From assembly GCF_006345805.1 (NCBI RefSeq), contig NC_042997.1, positions 187,798,001-187,862,000 on the forward strand: DNA of 64,000 nt. Reading direction: 5' to 3'. Source of the stretch: Octopus sinensis (lineage: Eukaryota). Numbering within the stretch: the first letter of the stretch is position 1; every line of letters starts with the position of its first letter. Positions 26,687-36,940 of the stretch are shown in pieces. The notes beneath the pieces are model-generated. The model was not told where the DNA came from. It worked only from the letters and a program-made list of their open reading frames with translations, and ran no database searches. Made by a program: the position numbers and the translations under genes.

Positions 26687-27728
26687 ATAAAAGTTTTATT
26701 TTAAGTGTTACATCATCTGTCTATTGCTTTTCTTTCTTTTCATTTGCAAAGGAATTAAGTCTTTAATTACTTAGAAACTCAAGTTTTTATCTCATTTACC
26801 TATTGAGTAATTTCTCTATTGAAAATGTTAAATTTTTCTATTAATTACAGGAGTAATTTTAATTGATAAAAATTTGTGCAGGGGATGGTATTACTTAGTA
26901 TCTTGCATATGTTAGTCCCCATGTAATTGAAGTTAACTGAGTTTAGCACCACTTCAAATTTCTTTCATATATCCTTTAAAAAAAGAAACAGATCTAGTGT
27001 TGTAAGTCATTCATTTAACAAATAAATGCATCTTCTGTACTAAATGTATTGAGTACTTTACTTTAATTGTGTCATCTCTCCACCTTATTCCAAACACAAC
27101 TAGTATCATGAAAACGGGTAGTTTGAGACAAGTTAAAAATTTCAAGACTTTCAATTTATTGCATGCTAACATCCTTTTTTGTCATTGATCTAAAAAAAAA
27201 ACCATGCCACGCATATACGCTCATTTGTTAATCACACTTGTACAACAAGTGTGATTCGCTGATGGAAAATATGCAGGTATAATGGCTGATTATATATGTG
27301 CTGTTGGTATTCTACACTCACATGATTCACCACTCCGCTATTGCAATCCACACATTTGCATGACTCTTGCCATTGTTATCCTCACCAATGCATGTCTCCG
27401 CATGACCTTGCCCTTTGCCAGTCACCCATTCTCATCCCACATGGTGGCTGGGCTTTATAAGACATTGTTTTTCATGGCAATGTGTTCTGACAGAACTGTT
27501 TTTCAATGGTTATCAATTCATGGAGGTTTATCTACGAACAAAACAACACTCACATACATTTAGGTTTTTTTCCACAATAGTGAGAGGTAAGCTTTAATGC
27601 TAATTAGTACACCCAAAAGCTAGCTACAATAAGGCATATATGCACACCTGTAGTATATGATAAATGCAAAATAAATATACACTGTAGTTATGCTAAATTG
27701 GTTTACTGAATTTTATCTTTTTTTTACA

Positions 27729-29724
27729 ATGCCTCCAAAGACAAAAATGCAGTATGACGAATGTTATTTGAAATTCGGTTTTACTGTGATAAAGCCTGGT
27801 GGAGAAGAGAAGCCACAGTGTCATTTTGTGCTAAGGTTTTGGCGTTTACTTCACTAAAGCTCAGTAAGTTAAAGAGGCACTTCCAAACAAAGCATCCCAG
27901 TTCAATAAATAGAGATGTTGACTTCTTCAGATACAAAGCTGACAGATTGATGAAATCTAGACTTGATCACAAAGGAATGTTTTTGCTGGACATTACAACT
28001 GTTTTGAAAGCATCCTTCGAGGTTTCAAGGAAAATAGCTGTTGCCAAAAAATCCCCACAATATATACAAATAGTTGATATTGCCTTGCTGCAAAGATATA
28101 TCGAATGTGCTAGGAAGTTCTGAACTTCAGAAGCTGAAGCATGTGTCTCTCTCTCAAATGAGACTTAGCAAGCAAACAACTGAGTTGTCAGATGTCACAG
28201 GTGGTCTCAAAGATTTACAATTCGTGTTTTAACTTTTTCGCAATCCAGCTTGATGAAATAATGGATGTTGTCAACTTAGCCCAACTTTGCATCTATGTAC
28301 ATTATGTACATAACAATTACCTGGAAGAGGAATTCCTGTTTTGCAAAACCCTCAGTACCAAAACAACCAGAAGGGAAGCATCTAACAAAGTGGACAAAGT
28401 TTTTGAGGGACATGATATCAACTGAGAGCATGTCATTGGTGTATACAGAGATGTTGCTCTGGTGATGCTTGGTTGCTGTTCTGGTTTTCAGGCTTTGGTG
28501 AAAGAAAAGTCCCCAGGTCCTATTGGAATACATTGTACAATTCATTGACAAGTACTAATGGTGGAAGCCATGCCTGATGAGTTAAAAAATGTTCTGAATT
28601 ACATGATTACAGCAGTGAACTTCATCAAAGCGGACACACTCAACTCCTGTCTGTTTGCCAAGTTGTGCAAAGAAAATGATTCTGAGTTGAAAACGCTTCT
28701 GTTACACTCACAAGTGAGATGACTTTCAAGAGGGAAAACAATAAAGAGGGTCTTCCTTCTACAAAAAGAAGTCCACGATTTTTTACAAGATGCCAAGTCA
28801 GATTTGCATGCCAAATTCTCTGATGTTCATTTTCTGATCTGCTTGGCATTTTTGGTGGATATATTTGGGTCAGTGAATGCTATCAGTTTTTCACTGCAAG
28901 GGAAAGATAAAACCATTCTCATGAAAAACTGCTTTCAAAAGAAGCTTGAACTTTGGCATCCCAGATTGCAATGAAAGAGCTTTGAATCATTTCCGCAACT
29001 ATATATGTTTATTGTGTAGAAACGTTAGCACGCCGGGCGAAGTGCGTAGCCGTATTTCGTCTGCCATTACGTTCTGAGTTCAAATTCTGCCAAGGTCAAC
29101 TTTGCCTTTCATCCTTTCAGGGTCGACAAATAAAGTACCAGTTACGCACTGGGGTCGATGTAGTCGACTTAATCCCTTTGTCTGTCCTTGTTTGTCCCCT
29201 CTATGTTTAGCCCCTTGTGGGCAGTAAAGAAATATATATATGTTTATTGAGGAAAATGAACTTTAAGTTGATGACAATATCGTTGAATTCATGAAACAAC
29301 ACGTGTCAATACTTGGTAGAGAAATATGTTTTTATTTTCATGATCTTCATGACTTTGACAAATACTGTTGCTTTATCAGGAATCCCTTTGTACTTTTTGT
29401 TAGCGATCTGCCTACAGAAGACAATTTAATTCTAGAGCGGTCACTGATTTGGTCAATGGCGGTGCAAAATTTATTTTTCCATGAAATGTGCTGTTTTAAC
29501 TTTTGGATTGAAATGGCACAGTCAAATCCTGATGTCACAAAGATGACTCTTAAAGTACTGATGCCATTTCCAACCACCTATGAGTGTGAGACCACATTTT
29601 CCATTCTCCTTGCCATCAAAACGAAATCACAAAATCGATTGGATGTCACACCAAATATGAGGGTTGTCTTCTCCATAATATAGAAGAGCTGCTGACTGCA
29701 AAGCAAGTATGTCAAACACATTAA
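27729..29724 (+). mobile_element. hAT transposase remnant, Buster/Charlie (ZBED5/FAM200-like) type
   Basis: MPPKTKMQYDECYLKFGF..KPQC..KLKRHFQTKH (BED finger); FAIQLDE..DVVNLAQL..EEFLFC; IHCTIH; PFPTTYECETTFSILLAIKTKSQNRLDV (hAT dimerisation domain). Many stops and frameshifts. Confidence 0.93.
29015..29234 (+). mobile_element. Young SINE family 1 inserted in the hAT, 15-bp TSD
   Basis: TSD TATATATGTTTATTG at 29000-29014 and 29235-29249; CpGs retained; slightly 5'-truncated. Confidence 0.93.
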
Positions 29725-29802
29725 ACTTTGCTGTAAATTATATAACAGATGGTCTGCTTTTGTGAATAAATAATTTCTTAATTTTTTTATGTTATGTTTC
29801 AG

Positions 29803-29850
29803 GGATTCAAGAAAAGAAATGGCAAATCTTCAGAAGAGGTGGAGAAGACG
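29803..29850 (+). CDS. Candidate 48-nt exon (phase-1 frame WIQEKKWQIFRRGGED)
   Basis: T-rich tract ending GTTTCAG; donor CG|GTATTT (moderate); all three frames open; lies between the hAT ORF and a hAT-like right end. Confidence 0.3.
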
Positions 29851-30329
29851 GTATTTCTAATAAAATTGTGGTTTTCCATGCATACTAGTGGTCCAACTGG
29901 CAGAAACTTCTGCACATTTTAGGATGCTATTACAATTCTTCTGCTGAAAATAGCTAAATTGGTTGAAATGCACCTCTTTGATAATCAATATGAGGAATGG
30001 CCTGCCAATGGGGAGGAATAGTATCCCAAAACATGGCGAATAGAGAAGGTGATGTCAAAAGCTTGAGAACGAATAATTTTCAGTCTATGACCTGCAGTTT
30101 CTTTCTGCCAAATGGGCATAAATGGATCTTACACAGTTGTTAATACAGGATGCTCAGGATATTTTCATTTCTCATTTGTTTTGTAACCAGCTGGCCAATT
30201 GATTCCCCATGGTTTCATGTGTATTTATTGTATCCCAATGGGATACTGCATGGATTAAGTTGGGATTTTCGAGGGTTTAGGGGTAGTGCAGCTCATAGTC
30301 TGTAAAATACGGTACAGGAATGTATGTAA

Positions 30330-30434
30330 TTTTTTCCATATTAATTATCCTGCGTTTTATAGGGGACTGAAAATCATCAAAACATCTATAAGGGGACCAG
30401 CATGTAAATCTTTTGAGAAGTTTGAGAACCACTG
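30330..30434 (+). mobile_element. hAT-type right terminus (TIR TTTGAGAACCACTG)
   Basis: Reverse complement CAGTGGTTCTCAAA is a typical hAT TIR; AGGGGAC subterminal repeats; flank CTCTAAAT fits the NNNTANNN Buster target. No matching left TIR found. Confidence 0.6.
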
Positions 30435-30475
30435 CTCTAAATGAAAATGGAAATACTGCATTGAAAGTTAAATCA

Positions 30476-30610
30476 AATGACTGTCTAGAACTCCTTAAAT
30501 TGAACAACTGTCTAGAACTCCTTAAATTGAATGACTGTCTAGAACTCCTTAAATTGAATGACTGTCTAGAACTCCTTAAATTGAATGACTGTCTAGAACT
30601 CCTTAAATTG
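30476..30610. repeat. Minisatellite, 5 x 27 bp
   Basis: AATGACTGTCTAGAACTCCTTAAATTG at 30476, 30503 (variant AACAAC), 30530, 30557 and 30584. Confidence 0.97.
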
Positions 30611-31520
30611 ACAACCCTGCATTTTACTCTCAAGAACTACAAAGTTTGAAATAAGCCTATCTAAGAGACTTAATAACCTAAGAAAACTAGACATAGAACC
30701 ATAATATCAGAATTGTAGAGAATAATCATATAAAAAGCTTTTCTAAACAAATGTCTAGAAGCTAGGGATGGTTGCATATCATGTGAATGCATCAAGAGCA
30801 GGAAATAGCAAATTTACAGTCAATAAGAAGTAATATGATATGCCATCAAACACATGAGTGATGTCATGAAAATTATTTATCAACAATTAAAAAATGGAGA
30901 TCTTAATTACCAATAATTCATTTCTTCTTTAAAAAGGTAGCTGAAGTTAGCAGCAATGGACTCCATACCTTACATTATTAATTATCATTTTCATTGCACT
31001 ACATTACAAGTTCAAATCCAGCTAAGATTGATAGCTTTTGTTCTTCTGAGGTTAGGATTGATAAAATAAATGGTAGTAATATATTAAGCACTGACTTTAA
31101 AAGTTTACTTATGGTTTGGGACTTGTTCCCAAAGTGAAACACTTTGAGCAAGTATCTTCTCCCATGACCTCAGGTTGACAAAGCCATCAAAGCTCTGTCC
31201 ATTCTTGGAGAGTAGACTTAATCTGTTGCCTAGTTTCACACCCAGCCCTTGGGTACCTCTAGCAGAGTCCATTCTGTTGCAAACATTCAGGCCATATCTC
31301 TGATCTGGGGATAATTTCCAACATAGCTGTCTCTCCTGCACATAACTGGATAATATATTTGATACATACCTCTGCCATGCTTTTCAGATGAGTTAATGTT
31401 GTACATTCGCTTCCTATTTCACTGGCATGCAACACTCCTTGCACATAGTCAAGTACTGGGGTTTATGATAACAACTAACTCTCTTCTCTCAAAATTACTG
31501 GCTTGGAGCCAAAATCATTA

Positions 31521-31554
<34 letters not shown>

Positions 31555-31555
31555 C

Positions 31556-31770
31556 TAAGGCAGTGAGCTGGCAGAATCATTAATGTGCCAGGCGAAATGC
31601 TTAGCAGCATTTCACTCATCTTTACATTCTGAGTTCAAACTCCACAAAGGTTGACTTTGCTTTTCATCCTTTCAGGGTCAATAAAATAAGTACCCGATTA
31701 GCATTGGGGTCAATGTAATTGACTTAACACCTCTCTTAAACTAGCTGGCCTTGCACCAAAATTTGAAATC
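31556..31770 (+). mobile_element. SINE family 1, old and CpG-erased, preceded by (ATT)n
   Basis: AAGGCAGTGAGCTGGCAGAATCATTAATGTGCCAGGCGAAATGCTTAGCAGCATTTCACTCATC; most CpGs of the young copies appear as TG/CA. Confidence 0.9.
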
Positions 31771-32069
31771 ATTATTATTGTTCTTCTTCTTCTTGTTCAT
31801 GCTTTTATCTGTTTCACAAATGTGAGAAATTGAAAAATATCTCGATCAGACCCCTTAACCCAACTGATTTTGAAGGAGGAGTAATTCTTTATCTGGAAAA
31901 GATATACTGGGGTATATTCTGATTACCTTCTCATGTAGAAGGATTTAAACTGTGCTTCAGGTTAGAAAAGCACTTGGCTGTTATAGGACAGTGAACTATA
32001 CTTCTTTATAAAGTTTATTCACAGCTTACTGGACTATTGTTCTATTGATTTTTATGTGTTTTCACAAAG

Positions 32070-32142
32070 AGACACAACACAGCTCTATTGAACAGGACAC
32101 AAATCTTGAGCTGTTATTCCGTCGACTAGCGCTAGTGATTTA
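32070..32142 (+). CDS. Candidate 73-nt exon (ETQHSSIEQDTNLELLFRRLALVI)
   Basis: T-rich tract with AAG acceptor, TA|GTAAGT donor; only the phase-1 frame is open; three CpGs retained inside a CpG-poor domain. Confidence 0.35.
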
Positions 32143-32593
32143 GTAAGTTCTACTTTTCATATTTCTTGAAACTTGTTTTTCAATTAGATAATCTTACACT
32201 GTTGATTTGTTTATTGATATCTAATCAGAAATAGAGATGATCACCACAGCTAAATTTGATCTACCAGTTATATTTTTCTTAATATTTAAAAAAAGGTTTT
32301 GAAAATGAATAAATATTACCATTTACCAATGACAAAATCTTTACTGTTGTAAATTATCACTACAAACAACAAAATATCTACCTCAGTTATGATTCAAATG
32401 AGTTTTTTGTTTAGCAGAAGCTCTACAAATTTTCATTTCAAATTTAAAACTTCACAACTTAATTATACTTTAAGAATATAGTACACTGAGCTTGTGACAA
32501 TAATACTAATAATGACATTGTCATTGATAAAACAAGTAATAGATTAACTAAAGGGAACACATGACTCATGCATTGGGCAGAAGTAAAACTTAC

Positions 32594-32648
32594 TAAATAC
32601 AGTAGCTTGGTGGCCATTGCTCTTGTGTGTGAACTCTGCCAGTGCAAT
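32594..32648 (-). other. Candidate 55-nt exon (minus strand)
   Basis: Acceptor GTTTGTTTACATACAG, donor TTA|GTAAGT; all frames open (e.g. IALAEFTHKSNGHQATVF). No homology recognised. Confidence 0.25.
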
Positions 32649-33189
32649 CTGTATGTAAACAAACCAGCATGTACACTTGAAGACATATTTCACACTTAAC
32701 ATTCAAGAAATTGATTAGCTTTTTGTTCTAACCGACAGAGAAAAGAGTTTTAAAAGAAAGATGGTTGATAGAAAAGCTCAGTTAGTTAATAATTACTAGA
32801 AAATATCTACTAGTAATGGTAGTCATGTCTGTCATAATACTTCTTAAGAAAGGTGTCTCTAAGCAAGTGATTGGTAAGTTAGCAATAATAGATCTTTTCA
32901 AACAGGCTCTTTTGTTTTCTTCTCTAATGAATATTTAGAGTAATAAAATAGAAGAGAATAAGAAGTTGAAAAAAATAAAGAGAGATCATTTGTTGTTAAA
33001 TATAAAGGCTGAAAATGTCCCTCCCACACACATTCTAGAATAAAGTCTTCATCATACTATTATCTATGTTACTTATAATCTGGCCTACTTCTTTAGAATT
33101 GCCTAACTAAATATTGGGTCATAATGAGTCCAATTACCAATCTAATTTAGGTCAACACAATTGACAACAACAGTTGATTATTCATTAGC

Positions 33190-33370
33190 CAATGAAGGAG
33201 CTTTCACATTTTTGCTTCAGCAGCTAAAAATAGCAACCAAGTCTTCTCTAAATCACACCCTGTCATCTTCGATGATGTGATGCTAGATATGCCGTATGTG
33301 GAAAAAAAGAAGGGATAGTCAAATCTTGAATGCCTGTTTGATCACAGATGACAAGGGGCTAAACAACTGT
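33190..33370 (+). mobile_element. SINE-like family 3
   Basis: TAGCAACCAAGTCTTCTCTAAATCACACCCTG...GGGGCTAAACAAC. Confidence 0.7.
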
Positions 33371-34074
33371 TGATCTTTTGGGAAAAAAGTGCAATTACTA
33401 TCCAGTTTTTTTTGCTACTGGCTAGTTTTTCTTTTCTTTACTTCTTTTAATAGTTTATTCGGAGGAGGGTGACATCCATGATCACTTTAAGAGTTTCTGA
33501 GACTGGATGTTGGTATTTACATGTAATGTGATGGATGATATCGATTGACTAAACAGTGCAATGATCCAATAATGAAGATTCCCCTATAAAAGAACCACAG
33601 AAAGGAATACATGGGGGAAAGTGATCATATTTAATGTTATTACTTCTTCCCATGTTTTCACAGTCTAAAATGGATCCCACATAGAAAATTATAAATAAAA
33701 ATAGGCAAGGTACTATGCTATACTGCAGATCTTACCAGATAAAAGAAACTTAATCTTTTAAAGAATAAACCTTCATATTTAATATGCTCAAGTAAAATCC
33801 ATATTAGAAAACTGAAATACATAATGTAAAGACAATATTTAAGATGCAATTAATACAGAAACGCCCTTCATTCTTTTTACAACAAAATGCATTACAAAGT
33901 CAGTTTATCTAATACTTTTGTAACTACAAAACTGAAATGTTAAAAAAAAAATTTGTTTAATTGTTTACTTATATCCCCAAAGAAGTTGATCTGGCCAAGC
34001 AAGTAAAAACTAGTTCAAGGTAAAATAAATGTACGTGTACATTCTTTGAGAAACTTGTTTGTAAAGCTTTGAAT

Positions 34075-34290
34075 TAATTGTTGTTGAAAGAAGGGTTGTT
34101 GTTTAGTACCGGGTCAATGCCGATCGACAAGCCCTATGATCAAAGACATTCCAGTTGTCACCATCTCATCTTTTTTCATGTGTTGGGAATCCAAGAATAC
34201 ATTCATTATCCTAGATGGCTTTTTTTTCTTTAAGATGGTAATGTGTCATTTGAAGGAGATTTGACTATTATTTCTAGGAAGCCAAACAAC
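34075..34290 (-). mobile_element. SINE-like family 3
   Basis: GTTGTTGTTTAGTACCGGGTCAA..GATCAAAGACATTCCAG..TTTGAAGGAGATTTGACTATTATTTCTAG. Confidence 0.7.
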
Positions 34291-34881
34291 AACAAAAAAA
34301 CAAAAACCGCATGAAAGAATGGTTGTCAGCCAAATAGAAACTGATAGTTAATCAAGTGTAAAATGGAGATTATGATTAGATATGTGCTGGTAAAATAGAA
34401 TTTTCTTAGTTCTATGAATCTTTAGATAACATTTATTGTCACTATTTGCTTGTTTACCACGTCAGTGATTTATTTAGATAGACAGCTTAGGGAATTGGTA
34501 AACTTAAAAGTATAAAGAACATGACAAATGAAAAAAATCTCACTTTATTAACAAATCAATGGTATGATAAGGTTTTTAGTTATTTTTAAAACCCGGTTGT
34601 ATCAAAGATATCTAAGAAAATTAATTTACTCTTTAAAATTGGTGATTAAACATTTATATTATAATGAGCAAATAATTTTAAATGCTGAGCAGGTCTCAAA
34701 GCTTCCTTAGTCAATGATATTTCTCTTTCTAAAAGCTAATGGTGTTGGGTTTTTGGACGGGGTTGGGGTATATGATACCAGAAAAGTGATTAAATGTTAT
34801 AAATATCTTTTGAGGCTCTTCTATATCTGAAATCAGTATTTTTAGCAATAGCCTTTGAAATAAGACTATAATAGGCAGCTA

Positions 34882-35313
34882 GGATCTTTTCGGCTTGAAC
34901 AGCAGTTTTTTCTAGCGATGTCATATGAAATTGTCACCCATAATTATGACCCTAGAATCGATCTATTGCATTTCAATCTCTTTTAGGGTTAGGGTTAGTT
35001 AGGGTTAAGGTTAGGGGTGGAGGAAGGGTATCTTTTTTCTTCACAAATGTAAATAAACCCAATCTGTTTCTTAAACGAGGGACATATTCATACGGCACAG
35101 AATGCTTTTTAACTCAATAGACGTCACTGATTGGTTGAAATTGCAGAAATTGAAGAAAAAAAACAACAAATATCTTACAAACTATAGAATTTTATCAATA
35201 AAGCCAAGAGAAAAAAGATGTTTTATAAACACATTCTACCAGTATACGAAGTTTAAAATTTTTTAGTTACCTAGAAATTATGTTAAAAACTGCCGTTCAA
35301 ACCGAAAAGATCC
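34882..35313. mobile_element. MITE with GGATC termini, 8-bp TSD (Merlin-like), internal TTAGGG tract
   Basis: TIRs of about 29 bp, GGATCTTTTCGG(C/T)TTGAAC(A/G)GCAGTTTTT; perfect TSD GGCAGCTA (34874-34881, 35314-35321); TTAGGG-like units at 34983-35016. Confidence 0.93.
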
Positions 35314-35404
35314 GGCAGCTACCACCCTAGTTCAATAATACAATGATGACATGAAAGCTTTATTTGCTAAGTTGTAACAGAATTACTAACACTAATTACA
35401 ACAT

Positions 35405-35595
35405 GTAAGGAGTCTCTATGTGGTGGCTCAACATGTTAAAAACGGTAGCCAAATCCCCTTCAGATCATACCCTTCCAGCTTAAAAAGAAAGAGAAGTGCA
35501 TAATACCTGTAATAAAAATGGGGTGTAGATGGCTGGAACGACTTTGATCATACGTCAGCCCAATTAGGGCTGGTCTGGGGTTATACAACAACAAC
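35405..35595 (+). mobile_element. SINE-like family 3
   Basis: GGAGTCTCTATGTGGTGGCTCAAC..GTAGCCAAATCCCCTTCAGATCATACCC..GGCTGGAACGACTTTGATCATA..GGGGTTATACAACAACAAC. Confidence 0.75.
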
Positions 35596-35892
35596 TATAT
35601 GAATAACTGATGATTACTTTCGAGTTATAGAATTAAATTAGCCATATCTTCCATTTCCGGGCTAGAGGAATATATATAGGCTGATGATGTTTGACATGAA
35701 ATAATGTGAGGAGGGATCTTATGATCTGGATACATCAACAAAATGAACTGAAGAAAAAAAAAAAGAAAAACGTCATTTATTTTCAAAATTGAAAACAATA
35801 AGATTTAGCAGGAAGACAAGGAGACCTTGAGGTATGGAGTGCGTATGTGGTTACGTTTTATGGGTGTGCCTAAATTTGAAAGAGAAAGAAAG

Positions 35893-35973
<81 letters not shown>

Positions 35974-36104
35974 GCAGGCAGGCAGACAGACAGACAGACA
36001 GAAAGGGTGGTCCGCCCAGTTAGCTTATTACGTCGTATTTCACGAAAAGAACATTTGAAATATGTTAGAGCGAGCTTCATTGTGACTGTTTGAGTGTGTG
36101 TGTG

Positions 36105-36148
<44 letters not shown>
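35893..36148. repeat. Compound microsatellites (GATA)n(GACA)n(GGCA)n and (TG)n(TA)n
   Basis: Direct reading of 35893-36000 and 36094-36148. Confidence 0.97.
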
Positions 36149-36152
<4 letters not shown>

Positions 36153-36439
36153 GCATTAAACTCGCCTCACATTTCCGATTATGACGTAGGAAAGTGTTGG
36201 TGTTTTTGATTTCACTACATTTTCATATGGGCCACATGTAATATATTTTTCTCTCACTTCCTTCACTCCCTTATACCCCACTCCAATTCTCTTTTGTCTC
36301 TCTTTCACTCTCCTCCCTTCCCTCTCTCTCTATTTCTCTCTCATTCAAACTCCCTCTGTTTTGAACCTTCCGTTTTCTCAGTCTCTTTCCCCTCGGGAAC
36401 GACATCATCATCACTCCTTTTAGAAACGATATTCATTTC

Positions 36440-36860
36440 TTTCTCCACCCCAACTCTCGACTGCGTCACTACACCTCTCTTCTCTTTCGGATTGGCTTTC
36501 TTTCTGCCCGTCCGTTTACGATAAAGAAAGAAGAAAAAAAAGATGACATCGTGGCGTGGCTAAGTAGGAATCGGGGAGAAAAGAAATGAAGAAAAAGAGA
36601 AAAATGTTGAAGGGGGGAAAGTCGGGGGGATATAGAAACCTGCAGGAGAACAGGGAGAGGAGAAATGGAACCGGACAGACGAGGAAAACTAAGATGAAGA
36701 AGAGAAAACTTTTGAGTGGGTGGGTGTTTTCTCCGCACGCTGCATACCAAGCATAGCTGTGTGTCTGGTCTGGATTAGTAACAAAATAGAACCGCCAAAA
36801 CCCGACAAGAAATCTTGACACAGAAAAGGAAAACAAAATATAGAGTCATGTGACAAAAAG
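36440..36860. promoter_or_regulatory. Putative promoter / first-exon region at the edge of the CpG-depleted domain
   Basis: CpG-retaining; TGCGTCAC, GATTGG (CCAAT box), GTCATGTGAC E-box at 36845-36854, TGGCGG on the minus strand; flanked by long purine/pyrimidine tracts. Direction not established. Confidence 0.4.
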
Positions 36861-36877
36861 AGCTCTTTGGTCGGTTA

Positions 36878-36886
36878 GTGTGTGTG

Positions 36887-36925
<39 letters not shown>

Positions 36926-36940
36926 GCGTGTGCGTGTGTG
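36878..36940. repeat. (TG)n/(CGTG) microsatellite
   Basis: Direct reading. Confidence 0.97.

Noticed and set aside
27230-27256. 12-bp-arm hairpin AATCACACTTGT-ACA-ACAAGTGTGATT as a Helitron 3' end or hAT terminus
   Set aside because: No downstream CTRR and no TSD; a hairpin this short can arise by chance.
30476-30610. 27-bp and 141-bp (2605-3029) repeats as CRISPR-like arrays
   Set aside because: Units are contiguous with no unique spacers, there are no cas genes, and the context is eukaryotic.
34983-35016. Chromosome end or telomere fusion site
   Set aside because: The tract is short, degenerate and internal to a MITE that has intact TIRs and TSD.
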